From the NCBI GenBank assembly GCA_026419835.1, contig JAOAKQ010000003.1:123237-187236 (forward strand): a stretch of DNA of 64,000 nt, written 5' to 3'. Source of the DNA: Sulfolobales archaeon. GTDB lineage: Archaea; Thermoproteota; Thermoprotei_A; Sulfolobales; NBVN01. Positions within the stretch are counted from its first letter, which is position 1. Each line of letters opens with the position of its first letter. The notes under the pieces were generated by a model, which was given only the letters and a program-made list of their open reading frames with translations, was not told where the DNA came from and did no database searches. A program made the translations under genes and the position numbers. Positions 8,425 through 18,923 of the stretch are shown here, one piece after another.

Positions 8425-9903
8425 GTGTTTGAAGAAGCTGCGTATAGAGGGCCTCCACCCAAGGTGGTACTAAACAGAGTTGATGAATATACCTGGGAAA
8501 TTCCGAGGAACTTTAAGAACTGCATGAAAGTTCCAGCTATAGTTTTTGCTGACGAGTACTTAATCAGTAAGATGAGGGAGGACCTGACCCTAGTTCAAGC
8601 AGCAAACGTAGCTTGCTTAAACGGGGTCGCGGTCGCATCATACGTAATGCCCGACGGTCATCAGGGATACGGTTTTCCAATAGGTGGAGTAGCTGGAATG
8701 GACTACGATGAGGGTGTGATATCTCCCGGTGGTGTTGGTTACGATATCAACTGCGGAGTAAGGCTTTTGAGAACGAATCTATTTGCCGAAGACGTTAGAC
8801 CTAAGCTCAAGGAACTGGTCGATACGTTGTTTCACAATATCCCCTCTGGAGTGGGTAGTACGGGTAAGGTGAGATTATCTCTATCTGAACTAGATAGAGT
8901 TCTGCAGGAAGGTGTCGAGTGGGCTATAGGTAGAGGCTTCGGCTGGTCTGAAGACCCGGAGCACATAGAGGAGCGCGGGTCGATGAAGGGTGCGGACCCC
9001 AGCAAGGTCAGTAAGGTAGCGAAAGAGCGGGGAGCGCCCCAGCTGGGGACTCTAGGAGCTGGCAACCACTTTCTTGAAGTGCAGGTAGTGGATAAGATCT
9101 ACGATAAGGAGGTGGCGAAGGTCTTAGGAATAGAGCGCGAAGGGCAGATAATGGTAATGATACACACCGGTTCTAGAGGTCTCGGACACCAGGTAGCTAG
9201 CGACTACCTACTGATTATGGAGAGAGCTATGAGAAAATACGGTATATCGCCACCAGATAGAGAACTTGCTTCCGTACCGATAAAGACTAGGGAGGGTGAG
9301 GACTACTTCGCAGCTATGGCAGCTGCCGCTAACTACGCCTGGACCAACAGGCAGCTTATAACTCACTGGGTTAGAGAATCTTTCGAAAGAGTTTTCGGTG
9401 TAGACGCTGATAAACTAGGTCTCGAGATAATTTATGATGTAGCACACAACATAGCTAAAATCGAAGAACACTCCGTTGATGGAAGGCGCATGAAGTTGGT
9501 AGTTCATAGAAAGGGTGCTACGAGAGCTTTCCCACCTGGGCATCCAGATATACCTAGAGCGCACCAATCCGTTGGGCAGGTAGTGCTAATACCCGGGTCC
9601 ATGGGTACTTCGAGCTACGTAATGGTCGGGGTTCCGGAGGGTGGCAGGACTTTCTACTCCGCCGCGCACGGAGCTGGTAGGTGGATGTCTAGAGAAGCCG
9701 CTGTTAGAACCTACAGACCTCAGAGCGTAACTCAAGAACTCGGTTCGAAGGGGATCTACATAAGAGCGGCGACGTCCAGGGTCGTATCCGAGGAAGCACC
9801 TGGAGCTTACAAGGACGTGGATAGAGTGGCTTTAGTTAGCCATAAAGTTAAGATCGCTAAACTCGTGGCTCGTCTTAGACCCATAGGTGTAGCTAAAGGT
9901 TGA
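8425..9903 (+). CDS. rtcB: tRNA-splicing ligase RtcB
   Basis: MPDGHQGYGFPIGG, GYDINCGVR, GNHFLEVQ, HRKGATRA, HGAGR, EEAPGAYK. Confidence 0.97.
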   Translation: MFEEAAYRGPPPKVVLNRVDEYTWEIPRNFKNCMKVPAIVFADEYLISKMREDLTLVQAANVACLNGVAVASYVMPDGHQGYGFPIGGVAGMDYDEGVISPGGVGYDINCGVRLLRTNLFAEDVRPKLKELVDTLFHNIPSGVGSTGKVRLSLSELDRVLQEGVEWAIGRGFGWSEDPEHIEERGSMKGADPSKVSKVAKERGAPQLGTLGAGNHFLEVQVVDKIYDKEVAKVLGIEREGQIMVMIHTGSRGLGHQVASDYLLIMERAMRKYGISPPDRELASVPIKTREGEDYFAAMAAAANYAWTNRQLITHWVRESFERVFGVDADKLGLEIIYDVAHNIAKIEEHSVDGRRMKLVVHRKGATRAFPPGHPDIPRAHQSVGQVVLIPGSMGTSSYVMVGVPEGGRTFYSAAHGAGRWMSREAAVRTYRPQSVTQELGSKGIYIRAATSRVVSEEAPGAYKDVDRVALVSHKVKIAKLVARLRPIGVAKG

Positions 9904-10343
9904 GAAAACTTAGAGTTCTTTTTAGAGTAGGAAGACTTTTATCGCCATCCACGGTAGTACTACGTGATGATGGTGTTCTGGAGATAGTTCTTGCTTCTCC
10001 CGTATCTGAATCAACCAAGATTAAGGGGTCTTTATCTCCCGCAGAAATCGGTAGCATAGTGCCGGGTGGCTTAGAATTTTCACTAAGAGAGCGGGAGTGC
10101 GAGTTCTCGACGAGGAGATTAAGAAGAAAAATGAAGATACTCGATAGAGAAGAGAGGAACATGCTCAAGCACCTAGGTGTAGACCTGAGTAAATACTTTA
10201 GGGAAGGAACTAGACCCTACGGAGAAATCTACCTAGTTAAGTTGTTGAAGAACGATTGGGAATATTCGTTTATAGCTAGTAGAAAGTCTATGACCTACAT
10301 AAAGAACTACCTAGCTAAGTACTGCTTAGAGGTTCTTGAATAG
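9900..10343 (+). CDS. hypothetical protein
   Basis: 147-aa ORF overlapping the rtcB stop (TTGA). Confidence 0.55.
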   Translation: MRKLRVLFRVGRLLSPSTVVLRDDGVLEIVLASPVSESTKIKGSLSPAEIGSIVPGGLEFSLRERECEFSTRRLRRKMKILDREERNMLKHLGVDLSKYFREGTRPYGEIYLVKLLKNDWEYSFIASRKSMTYIKNYLAKYCLEVLE

Positions 10344-10473
10344 CTAGGTCTAGCAATGTGTTGAGATGTTGATATGTGGCTTGCTAATTGCTAGATCTAA
10401 CTCTCTTTATCTTCTCATAGCTCTACTAGAAGCTTATAAGGCATAGCTTAAACACATAGGCTTGGTCTGGAGT

Positions 10474-10953
10474 ATGCCAGTATGGAGGTACTCAGTGAGG
10501 TTGCGAGATGAGTCGCGAATAGCGAAGGCTGTACTGTGGGACGCTCCTATATCTAGAAAGGAGGCTTACGAAATACTCAAGGTATTGAGGGGAATGAAGC
10601 TTACTGATGCTAAGAAGTTTCTTGAAGATGTTATAGCTATGAAGAGAGCCGTTCCGTACTCTAGGTACAAGCTCTCTATAGCCCACAAGTCAGGTCTTGC
10701 GGATAGTTTCCCGAAGTGGAAGTCGCCTATTGGGAGGTACCCTGTAAAAACCGCTAAGTACATTCTTAAGCTATTAAGTAATTTAGAAAACAACGCAGAG
10801 TCTAAGGGGCTGGACGTAGAGAGATTGGCAATAGTTCACGCAGCGGCTCATAGAGGTCCCTACTTGAAGCGGTGGATGCCGAGAGCTTTCGGCCGGGCCA
10901 CTCCGAAGTTCAGGTCTTTAACCCACGTCGAAATGATGGTTAAAGAGGTATGA
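10474..10953 (+). CDS. rpl22: 50S ribosomal protein L22
   Basis: GRYPVK, RWMPRAFGRATPK. Confidence 0.97.
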   Translation: MPVWRYSVRLRDESRIAKAVLWDAPISRKEAYEILKVLRGMKLTDAKKFLEDVIAMKRAVPYSRYKLSIAHKSGLADSFPKWKSPIGRYPVKTAKYILKLLSNLENNAESKGLDVERLAIVHAAAHRGPYLKRWMPRAFGRATPKFRSLTHVEMMVKEV

Positions 10954-10957
10954 TAAA

Positions 10958-11599
10958 GTGGTAGATACTAAGAAATATTTTCTCGAAATGAGCGTTACTC
11001 GACTGAAGGTCGACGAGTACTTAGCTAAGACTCTGTCTAAAAGTGGGTATGTTGGTGTAGACCTCTTTAGAACTCCTCTCGGTGATAGGGTAATAATATA
11101 CGCAGACAGGCCGGCTATGGTTATCGGTAGGAAGGGACAGCAAATTAAGAAGTTAGCAGATCTTCTCTCCAAGTACTTCAAGCTAGAGAATCCGCAGATA
11201 ACTGTAACTGGTCTTGAAGTGCCCGAGTTGAGTGCTAGAGTAATGGCATCTAGAATAGCACTAGCACTAGAGAAGGGGTACCACTTCAGGCGAGCGGCTT
11301 TTGTCGCTCTTAGAAGAATTATGGCTGCCGGAGCTATCGGATGTGAGGTAGTAATAAGCGGTAAGCTCACAACTGAGAGAGCTAGGTACGAGAAAGTAAG
11401 GGTCGGTAAGGTGTATAAGACCGGTGGGCACATCAACAGACTAGTCGATAGAGCCATTGCTAGCGTACTTCTAAAACCCGGTGTCTACGGTATTGAAGTA
11501 ATCATAGTGAAGCCGGGAACTCCGGACGATCACGTTACGTTTAAATCTCAAGAAGTAGCTCAGCAGGTGCTTCAGGAAGCTGAGGGTGGTAGTAAGTGA
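10958..11599 (+). CDS. rps3: 30S ribosomal protein S3
   Basis: KH motif VIGRKG, GYHFRRA, GCEVVISGKL. Confidence 0.97.
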   Translation: MVDTKKYFLEMSVTRLKVDEYLAKTLSKSGYVGVDLFRTPLGDRVIIYADRPAMVIGRKGQQIKKLADLLSKYFKLENPQITVTGLEVPELSARVMASRIALALEKGYHFRRAAFVALRRIMAAGAIGCEVVISGKLTTERARYEKVRVGKVYKTGGHINRLVDRAIASVLLKPGVYGIEVIIVKPGTPDDHVTFKSQEVAQQVLQEAEGGSK

Positions 11600-11829
11600 G
11601 CTTATCGGCTGATGAGATACGGCGAATGAGCCGGGAGGAGAGAGCTAGGCTACTCAACGAGCTCAGAACGGAGTTGATAAAACTGAGAACTCAAGCTAGA
11701 GTTGGAACGCTAACTAATACTGCGAGAATTAGAATTGTGAGGAAGAACGTAGCGCGCATACTAACGGTTATTAATGAGGAGAGAAGGAAGGGTGGCGGGA
11801 AGATTGAAGTACACCAAGAGCAATCTTAA
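11596..11829 (+). CDS. rpl29: 50S ribosomal protein L29
   Basis: EIRRMS...RIRIVRKNVARILT. Confidence 0.95.
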   Translation: MSLSADEIRRMSREERARLLNELRTELIKLRTQARVGTLTNTARIRIVRKNVARILTVINEERRKGGGKIEVHQEQS

Positions 11830-12079
11830 GTGCCACGAGCTAATAGGACTGGAAGTTAGGGTAGTGGACCACAGCGATAAGGGACTTGTAGGACTATCTG
11901 GGAGAGTAGTGTGGGAAACAAAGAACGTGTTAGTTATAGAGAGCTCTGGACGCGAGGTTAAAGTACCCAAGAACTTCGCAGTATTTTCTTTTAAGCTTCC
12001 GAGCTCAGGTAGCTTAGTGACTGTAAGTGGTGAAGAGATACTTTCAGTTCCTGAAGAAAGAGTCAAGAACTGTAGGTGA
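11804..12079 (+). CDS. rnp1: RNase P protein subunit Rpp29/Pop4
   Basis: HELIGLEVRV...GRVVWETKN; operon position. Confidence 0.92.
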   Translation: MKYTKSNLKCHELIGLEVRVVDHSDKGLVGLSGRVVWETKNVLVIESSGREVKVPKNFAVFSFKLPSSGSLVTVSGEEILSVPEERVKNCR

Positions 12080-12444
12080 TGTTTGTGAGTGGAGAAGTTA
12101 AGGTCAGAAATATTGGAATAAGCTACAGCGGGCTCAACCCACCCCAGGAAGCTTGCTCCGACCCCAAGTGCCCTTGGCACGGGCACCTCAAGGTTCGCGG
12201 CAATCTTCTAGTGGGTAGAGTCTACAAAGCTAGAGCTCAGAAAATGGTCGTAGTTGAGAGAGAGTACCTGGTCTACGTTAGAAAGTTCCGCAGGTACGAG
12301 AAGCGTAGGTCTAGGATACACGCGTACCTACCTCCATGCGTTAAGACTTCCCCGGGTGATACGGTTTTAATAGGGGAGACCAGGCCTCTAGCTAAGTCTG
12401 TTGCTTGGGTAGTTCTAGGAGTTCTAAGTGGTGTTAGTGGATGA
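12076..12444 (+). CDS. rps17: 30S ribosomal protein S17
   Basis: [28 protein letters not shown]. Confidence 0.97.
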   Translation: MMFVSGEVKVRNIGISYSGLNPPQEACSDPKCPWHGHLKVRGNLLVGRVYKARAQKMVVVEREYLVYVRKFRRYEKRRSRIHAYLPPCVKTSPGDTVLIGETRPLAKSVAWVVLGVLSGVSG

Positions 12445-12860
12445 GTTCCGTAAAGTCTACTGCGAGATTCGGTCGTTTAGGTAGGTCTCCCGGAATTATT
12501 AACGGGACGAGACTAAGCGTAGCGGACAATAGTGGTGCTAAGGAAGTAGCTATGGTAGGTGCGATGGGCATTAAAACAAGGCTAAGAAGAATTCCATTCG
12601 CTACTGTAGGCGATATGATCGTGGTAACAGTGAAGAAGGGTAAGACGGAACTTGTAGGTCAGGTAATGCAGGCTATAGTCATAAGGCAGCGCAAGCCCTA
12701 TAGAAGGCCAGACGGAACTTGGATAGCCTTCGAGGATAATGCCTGCGTTATAGTAACTCCTGATGGAAATCCTAAGGGGAGCGAGATCCGGGGACCTGTC
12801 GCTAGAGAAGCGGCTGAGAGATGGCCGGGTATAGCGAATCTAGCTACTCTCGTAGTGTGA
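12441..12860 (+). CDS. rpl14: 50S ribosomal protein L14
   Basis: [23 protein letters not shown]. Confidence 0.97.
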   Translation: MSSVKSTARFGRLGRSPGIINGTRLSVADNSGAKEVAMVGAMGIKTRLRRIPFATVGDMIVVTVKKGKTELVGQVMQAIVIRQRKPYRRPDGTWIAFEDNACVIVTPDGNPKGSEIRGPVAREAAERWPGIANLATLVV

Positions 12861-12861
12861 G

Positions 12862-13263
12862 GTGGTTGTTTTGGTAGTTAGAGACTTAAGTAAGCAGCCC
12901 CGCAAGCAGAGGCTGGCTATCTATAGAGCCCCTCTACACGCGAAGCACAAGTTCCTTAACACACCTCTCTCCGAGGAGTTAGTGAAGGAGTACGGAGTTA
13001 AGAGACTCCCAGTGAGGAAAGAAGACGTGGTTAGAGTTATGAGAGGTGATTGGGCTGGTCACGAAGGCAAGGTTATTAGAGTAGACCTTAAGAGAGCTAG
13101 AGTATACGTTGAAGGAGTAACCGTTAAGAAAGCTGACGGAACCCCAGTTCCCTACCCGATACATCCATCTAAAGTATTGATTGTAAAGCTGGGTAGGACT
13201 GATAGAGTGAGGGAGAAGATTATTGAAAGGAGGAAGAAGGAGTCCCCTGAAGGTGGTAAGTAG
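12862..13263 (+). CDS. rpl24: 50S ribosomal protein L24
   Basis: [19 protein letters not shown]. Confidence 0.97.
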   Translation: MVVLVVRDLSKQPRKQRLAIYRAPLHAKHKFLNTPLSEELVKEYGVKRLPVRKEDVVRVMRGDWAGHEGKVIRVDLKRARVYVEGVTVKKADGTPVPYPIHPSKVLIVKLGRTDRVREKIIERRKKESPEGGK

Positions 13264-14021
13264 TGGGTAAGATGGGGAGTAGAAGGCACTTGAAGAGACT
13301 GGCGGTACCGGGATTCTGGCCACTGCTTAGAAAGGAAGCTAAGTGGGCGGTAAAACCAGCTCCCGGCCCCCATCCGATAAGTAGAGCTCTCCCACTACTA
13401 ATGATCGTTAGAGACATTATGGGGTACGCTAAGACCTACCGAGAAGCTAGAAGACTCATTGCTGAAGGTCACTTCAAGATAGATGGACGCGTTAGAAGAG
13501 ACTACAAGTTTCCAGTAGGTTTAATGGACACTATAGAGGTAGTAGATACTGGGGAATTCTTTAGAGTAGTCCCGGTACCAGTGAAGATCATGACTCTAGT
13601 TCCCATATCTAAAGACGAGGCTTCGTTCAAGCTCTGCAGAATTGAGAATAAGACTACCCTCAGAGGAGGAAGATTTCAGCTTAATCTCCACGACGGTAAG
13701 AACGTAGTCGTGGATCCAGATGAAGCGAAAAAACTTACTACTATGTCTGTAGTGAAGGTCTCAATTCCAGATTACAAACTCCTAGGTCACATACCGCTCG
13801 ATAGAGGAGTTCTAGTAGCGGTAATTGGTGGAATGAATACGGGTAGGGTTGGTAGGGTTGTAAGTATAAGTGAAGGAATGCGTCACTATAGAAAGCTGGT
13901 GCTCATCGAGGATATTTCGGGCGGCAACTTCTACACGTCCCTAGATAAAGTGCTCGCAGTTGGAGTTGAGAAACCAGAAATAGCACTTCCGGTAACTATG
14001 GTGTTAGGTGGACTGAAGTGA
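13263..14021 (+). CDS. rps4e: 30S ribosomal protein S4e
   Basis: HLKRLAVP, PGPH, QLNLHDGKN. Confidence 0.97.
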   Translation: MGKMGSRRHLKRLAVPGFWPLLRKEAKWAVKPAPGPHPISRALPLLMIVRDIMGYAKTYREARRLIAEGHFKIDGRVRRDYKFPVGLMDTIEVVDTGEFFRVVPVPVKIMTLVPISKDEASFKLCRIENKTTLRGGRFQLNLHDGKNVVVDPDEAKKLTTMSVVKVSIPDYKLLGHIPLDRGVLVAVIGGMNTGRVGRVVSISEGMRHYRKLVLIEDISGGNFYTSLDKVLAVGVEKPEIALPVTMVLGGLK

Positions 14022-14590
14022 GTGAGCAAGTAGATGTTGGTGAGCTAGTTAAGCGGGTAGTGAGTAGGTGGTCCTCCAATAAGATGCTGGAGCCTAGAAT
14101 AGCTAAGGTAGTTGTCAACATCGGTGTAGGTGCGTCTGGCGAGAGACTGGAGAAAGCCGCTAAGTTGCTAGAGCAGTTAGTTAAGCAGGAGCCGTCTCTC
14201 AGAAGAGCTAAGAGAAGTATTAAGGAGTTCAATGTAAAGAGAGGTGAGCCCATAGCCGTAGCGGTAACTTTAAGAGGTTCTAAAGCTCTAGAGTTCCTAG
14301 ATAAGGCCCTAGCGGCTATTGGCCGTAGAGTGAAGTACTCGAGCTTCGACGACTACGGAAACGTTTCTTTTGGAATTAAGGAGCACATAATGCTTCCCGG
14401 AGCCAAGTACGACCCAGATATCGGGATCTTCGGAATGGACGTAGTGGTTAAGCTTGAAAGACCTGGATACAGAGTTATGAGAAGAAGGAGGTGCAGGTCG
14501 TCCGTACCTAGAAGACATAGAGTCAGCAGAGAGGAAGCGGTGGTATTCTTCATGAACAATCTCGGCGTTAAGGTGGTCGGTCTTGGGTAA
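14018..14590 (+). CDS. rpl5: 50S ribosomal protein L5
   Basis: KVVVNIGVG, GNVSFGIKEH, IGIFGMDV. Confidence 0.97.
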   Translation: MSEQVDVGELVKRVVSRWSSNKMLEPRIAKVVVNIGVGASGERLEKAAKLLEQLVKQEPSLRRAKRSIKEFNVKRGEPIAVAVTLRGSKALEFLDKALAAIGRRVKYSSFDDYGNVSFGIKEHIMLPGAKYDPDIGIFGMDVVVKLERPGYRVMRRRRCRSSVPRRHRVSREEAVVFFMNNLGVKVVGLG

Positions 14591-14747
14591 GTACAGACGC
14601 CCAATCATTAGGAAGTACGGGAGGGGGGTTCAGGTGTGCAGGAGGTGTGGCAGTAGGGATGCTGTAATTCAGAAGTACGGTCTCTATCTCTGTAGACAGT
14701 GCTTTAGAGAGATAGCCATGTACATAGGGTTTAGGAAGTACATGTGA
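14583..14747 (+). CDS. rps14: 30S ribosomal protein S14 (zinc-binding); missed by the ORF track
   Basis: manual translation from TTG: [45 protein letters not shown]... Confidence 0.95.
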   Translation: MGKYRRPIIRKYGRGVQVCRRCGSRDAVIQKYGLYLCRQCFREIAMYIGFRKYM

Positions 14748-14757
14748 GGTCGGGACC

Positions 14758-15159
14758 GTGGTATCTGTGGACGCTCTCGCTAACGCGCTTGCGACTATAT
14801 ACAATAACGAAATGAGGGGTAATAGAGAAGCTCTAATAACACCGTCATCGAAGCTAGTAGCGTCCGTTCTAAGAGTTATGCAGAGGTATGGCTACGTAGG
14901 TGAGTTCGAGCACATAGATGACGGAAGGTGGGGTAAGCTCAAGGTCCAGCTTCTGGGTAGGGTCAATAAGTGCGGTGCGATCAAGCCTAGGTACTCGGTT
15001 AAGTATGCTGAGCTACTTAAGATGCCGGAGTGGTTGAGAAGATACCTACCTTCACGTGATGTAGGTGTTGTAGTGATATCTACCTCTCAGGGAGTAATAT
15101 CTCACATTGAAGCTATGGAGAGGAAAATTGGTGGAATACTGCTAGCATATGTCTACTGA
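14758..15159 (+). CDS. rps8: 30S ribosomal protein S8
   Basis: LANAL, GYVGEFE, STSQG. Confidence 0.97.
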   Translation: MVSVDALANALATIYNNEMRGNREALITPSSKLVASVLRVMQRYGYVGEFEHIDDGRWGKLKVQLLGRVNKCGAIKPRYSVKYAELLKMPEWLRRYLPSRDVGVVVISTSQGVISHIEAMERKIGGILLAYVY

Positions 15160-15170
15160 GGGAGCTGGCC

Positions 15171-15719
15171 GTGGTTAGAGCCGTTAAGCTAAGGGAGGAG
15201 ATACCTATTCCGAGTGGTGTTAATGTCGAGATTGATGGTAGGAAAGTTAGGGTTAGAGGACCTAAGGGAGTTGTTGAGAAAGACTTCAGTTACGCTAGGG
15301 GGGTAGTCATAGCTAGAGAGGGGGAGTCTATAGTTTTTGAAGCATACTTTGCCGATAGGAGAGCGAAAGCTCAGCTCTACTCCTTAGTATCTCACGTTAG
15401 GAATGCGATAGATGGAGTTACGAGAGGGTATAGATACAGGTTGAAGATCGTCTACTCACACTTCCCGATATCGGTAAGAGTAGATGGCGACAGGGTTGTG
15501 ATCGAGAACTTCATCGGCGAGAAGGCACCTAGGGTAGCTAGAGTAGTCGGTGACGTAAAGATAAGTGTTAGTAAGACAGATGTCGTAGTCGAGGGATGCG
15601 ACCTAGAGGCAGTTTCACAGACAGCGGCAAACATAGAGCAGGCAACTAAGATAAGGAAACTCGATAGAAGGGTATTTGTGGACGGTATCTACATATACGA
15701 ACGAGGGTACGCAGACTGA
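15171..15719 (+). CDS. rpl6: 50S ribosomal protein L6
   Basis: VRGPKG, YSHFPI, DRRVFVDGIYI. Confidence 0.97.
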   Translation: MVRAVKLREEIPIPSGVNVEIDGRKVRVRGPKGVVEKDFSYARGVVIAREGESIVFEAYFADRRAKAQLYSLVSHVRNAIDGVTRGYRYRLKIVYSHFPISVRVDGDRVVIENFIGEKAPRVARVVGDVKISVSKTDVVVEGCDLEAVSQTAANIEQATKIRKLDRRVFVDGIYIYERGYAD

Positions 15720-15729
15720 GGTGGGATAC

Positions 15730-16128
15730 GTGAGCGAACCAAGTACTGTGAGTAGTGTAGCGGTTAGAGAGCTTATTCGTAGGAAACTGAAGATAAGGTT
15801 CTACCGAAATAAGTGGTGGAAGTTCGCTAAGTTCAGAAACGAGCTGAAGTGGAGGAAACCGAGAGGAAAGGATAACCCGATGAGGTTAAGACTTAAGGGG
15901 CAGCCACCTGTAGCGTCTAGTGGGTACGGAACGCCGACCGCGATTAGAGGTCTCCACCCATCCGGTCTGAGGCCTGCCGTAGTCAGCAGTGTTAAGGAGT
16001 TGAGCGGCTTAGATCCGTCAACACACGTGGTCTACGTAAGCTCTTCAGTAGGTTTAAGAAAGAAGGTGGAGATAGTTAGAAAAGCTCAAGAAATGGGGTT
16101 TAAAGTAGCTAACGCGGGTGGTGTTTAA
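15730..16128 (+). CDS. rpl32e: 50S ribosomal protein L32e
   Basis: WRKPRGKDN, RGLHPSG. Confidence 0.95.
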   Translation: MSEPSTVSSVAVRELIRRKLKIRFYRNKWWKFAKFRNELKWRKPRGKDNPMRLRLKGQPPVASSGYGTPTAIRGLHPSGLRPAVVSSVKELSGLDPSTHVVYVSSSVGLRKKVEIVRKAQEMGFKVANAGGV

Positions 16129-16580
16129 TGGTGGACCTCTCCATTCAGAGGAGGCTCGCTGCGGAGATACTGGGGGTTGGTGAAGGTAGGGTAAGGTTCG
16201 ACCCAGAGAATCTGGAGAAGGTGGAATCCGCTCTAACTAGAGAAGATGTGAAGAAGTTAATTAGAGAAGGCATTATATGGGTTGAACCACGGAGAAGAAA
16301 CTCCAGAGGTAGGTGGAAGGAGAGGCATGAAAAGAGAAGGAGGGGGCATAGAAGAGGTCCGGGCAAGAGAAAGGGGGCTAAAAACGCGAGAGAAGACCCT
16401 AAGGAGAGGTGGGTAAACACTATAAGAAAGATCAGAAGATTCATTAAGTGGATGAGAGATAGCGAAGTCATAGATACAGTAACCTATAGAAAGCTCTATA
16501 GACTGGCTAAGGGAGGTGCCTTTAAGAGTCTCTCAGATTTAAAGAGGCACCTAGCGGCACTAGGTATTCAGGTGAGGTAG
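16128..16580 (+). CDS. rpl19e: 50S ribosomal protein L19e
   Basis: QRRLAAEIL, RRGPGKRKG, YRLAKGGAF. Confidence 0.97.
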   Translation: MVDLSIQRRLAAEILGVGEGRVRFDPENLEKVESALTREDVKKLIREGIIWVEPRRRNSRGRWKERHEKRRRGHRRGPGKRKGAKNAREDPKERWVNTIRKIRRFIKWMRDSEVIDTVTYRKLYRLAKGGAFKSLSDLKRHLAALGIQVR

Positions 16581-16581
16581 A

Positions 16582-17184
16582 GTGGCTAGAGGAGCTAGCT
16601 ATAAGGTCCCTCTGAAGAGAAGGAGGGAGGGAAAGACCAACTACTACAGAAGGTATAGAATGATTAAGTCCGGTCAGAGGGTTAGAGCCGTTGTGAGAAA
16701 GACGAACAACTACATAATCGTGCAGATAGTCGAGTTCGCACCAAAAGGAGATATAACTAGAGTAGCCGCACATAGTAAAGAGTTATCGAAATTCGGCTGG
16801 AGGGGGGACTACAACAATACTCCAGCGGCTTACTTAACCGGTCTACTAGCTGGATTGAAGGCGGTGAAGTTAGGTATAGTGAGGGCGATCCCTGATATAG
16901 GCCTGCATAGGCCGGTGAAAGGGTGCCGTATTTTCGCCGCTATTAGAGGACTTAGAGACGCAGGTGTCAACGTACCAGTGTCCGACGAAGTCATTCCGCC
17001 AGATAGTAGAGTAAGGGGAGAGCACATAGTTAAGTATGCTGAATCTCTAGTTGCTGAAAGTGAAGATAGGTTCAAGGAGTTTTTCTCTAAATACCTCGAG
17101 AGAGGTTTAGACCCGAGAAAACTACCGGAGCACTTCGATGAGGTTAAGGCAAGCATAGTTAAAGCTCTTACCGGTGGTGGGTGA
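16582..17184 (+). CDS. rpl18: 50S ribosomal protein L18
   Basis: [18 protein letters not shown]. Confidence 0.97.
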   Translation: MARGASYKVPLKRRREGKTNYYRRYRMIKSGQRVRAVVRKTNNYIIVQIVEFAPKGDITRVAAHSKELSKFGWRGDYNNTPAAYLTGLLAGLKAVKLGIVRAIPDIGLHRPVKGCRIFAAIRGLRDAGVNVPVSDEVIPPDSRVRGEHIVKYAESLVAESEDRFKEFFSKYLERGLDPRKLPEHFDEVKASIVKALTGGG

Positions 17185-17822
17185 TGTCGGAACGAACCTC
17201 CGGGCTGGAGTCCTGGATCCCGAAAACGAAACTCGGGGTAATGGTGAAGGAGGGTAAGGTAGTGAGTATTAAAGAAGTCTTCGATAACAACTGGCTCGTA
17301 CAGGAGCCGGAGATAGTCGACTACCTACTACCGGACCTAAAGCATGAAGTAGTCAATGTATCTATAGTTCAAAAGCAGACGGATGCTGGGGAAGTATCTA
17401 GATTCCGCGTTGCGGTTGTGGTCGGTAATTTCGATGGGTACGTAGGCATAGGAATAGGAAAAGCAAAGCAGCTGAGACAAGCTATCGATAAGGCGATCAG
17501 AGAAGCTAAGTTGAATACAGTACCCGTTAGAAGAGGGTGCGGAAGTTGGGAGTGTTCTTGTAGAGAACCGCATAGTATTCCATTTACGGTAAGTGGGAAA
17601 GCTGGGAGTGTTAGAATAGTTCTAAAACCAGCTCCTAAGGGAGCCGGTCTCGTTGCTGGAGACCTAGCTAAGGTAGTGTTAAGATATGCTGGTGTTAGAG
17701 ATATCTGGACGTGGTCTAAGGGTGAGACAAGAACTTCTCTCAACTTTATACTGGCTACATACGATGCCCTAAAGAAGACCTATAGGTTCATATCTCCCAC
17801 AGACTGGCGTAGAGGTGCTTAG
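17181..17822 (+). CDS. rps5: 30S ribosomal protein S5
   Basis: [24 protein letters not shown]. Confidence 0.97.
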   Translation: MMSERTSGLESWIPKTKLGVMVKEGKVVSIKEVFDNNWLVQEPEIVDYLLPDLKHEVVNVSIVQKQTDAGEVSRFRVAVVVGNFDGYVGIGIGKAKQLRQAIDKAIREAKLNTVPVRRGCGSWECSCREPHSIPFTVSGKAGSVRIVLKPAPKGAGLVAGDLAKVVLRYAGVRDIWTWSKGETRTSLNFILATYDALKKTYRFISPTDWRRGA

Positions 17823-17824
17823 AT

Positions 17825-18298
17825 ATGGTGCTTTACGCTATCGTAAGAATTAGGGGCACCGCAGACGTACCTCACAGAGTGGAGTACACTCTCCGCTTAC
17901 TTAGACTTGTAAAGCCGTTCCACGCCGCAATCTACCCAAAGTCCCCCAATCTCGACGGTATGCTGGAGGTAGTTAAAGACTGGGTTACCTGGGGGGAGAT
18001 TAGTAGAGAGGTACTGAGAGAGCTCATTACGAAGAGAGGTAGGTTGGTGGGAGGTAAGCCTATTAGCGAAGAAGACGTGAAGAGAATATTTAATGTGAGC
18101 GGTATTGATGAACTTGTAAGCGCTCTATACGAAGAGAGAGTTCTATGGCACCGGTACCACAGTTTCGTAAAGCCTGTCTTCAGACTTCACCCACCGAGAG
18201 GAGGATTTAAGAAGAGTACGAAGAAGCCCTATAGTGCCGGTGGTGAATCGGGGTATAGAGGGCGGGGGATTAATAGCCTTCTCTCCAGACTTATCTAG
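17825..18298 (+). CDS. rpl30: 50S ribosomal protein L30
   Basis: IVRIRG, FRLHPPRGG. Confidence 0.96.
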   Translation: MVLYAIVRIRGTADVPHRVEYTLRLLRLVKPFHAAIYPKSPNLDGMLEVVKDWVTWGEISREVLRELITKRGRLVGGKPISEEDVKRIFNVSGIDELVSALYEERVLWHRYHSFVKPVFRLHPPRGGFKKSTKKPYSAGGESGYRGRGINSLLSRLI

Positions 18299-18301
18299 CA
18301 G

Positions 18302-18769
18302 GTGGTAGATGTGGTAGTAAGACGGAGAAAGAAGAGTAGGTCTATGAGGGGTATAAGAACACATGGCTATGGAAGCATCGGGCAGCATAGAAAGAGTGGG
18401 AGTAGGGGTGGTAAAGGAGCTGCCGGTATGCATAAGCATAAGTGGTCGTGGGTGGTGAAGTACTTTCCGGACTGGTACGGAAAGCGTGGATTCACCTATC
18501 CAGTTAGAATGAAAGAAGAGTACCAAGCGATAAACGTGGGAGAATTGAACGAGCTAGTGCGGCAGTTGGTATCGGAGGGGAAGATACATAGAGAGGGAGA
18601 GTTCTTCGTTTTAGACCTCTCGTCACTAGGATACAGTAAACTCCTAGGACGAGGGAAGGTAGACTTTAAACTAAAAGTAGCGGTATATAGAGCTACGAAA
18701 GAAGCCGTAGAGAAAATTAGAGAAGCTGGTGGAGAAGTCGTTCTTCTCGCTAAAGAATCTAGGCGATAA
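18302..18769 (+). CDS. rpl15: 50S ribosomal protein L15
   Basis: RTHGYG, GSRGGKGAAG, KLLGRG. Confidence 0.96.
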   Translation: MVDVVVRRRKKSRSMRGIRTHGYGSIGQHRKSGSRGGKGAAGMHKHKWSWVVKYFPDWYGKRGFTYPVRMKEEYQAINVGELNELVRQLVSEGKIHREGEFFVLDLSSLGYSKLLGRGKVDFKLKVAVYRATKEAVEKIREAGGEVVLLAKESRR

Positions 18770-18923
18770 CCGCTTCACGTACACATTTCCGCGTCCATCA
18801 CCCACACATCTACATACTTTGTAGTGAATTGAGTGGACCGCTCTACGAGGTATGGATAGCGTAGGAGAGTTTTTAAGCTGCCAACGTATTGAGTTCTAGG
18901 CAAGGAATAGAAAGGTGCGCTCT

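Noticed and set aside
18760-18812. Minus-strand GTGATGG...GTGAAGC C/D-like boxes between rpl15 and secY
   Set aside because: No acceptable D or D' box and no recognisable guide.
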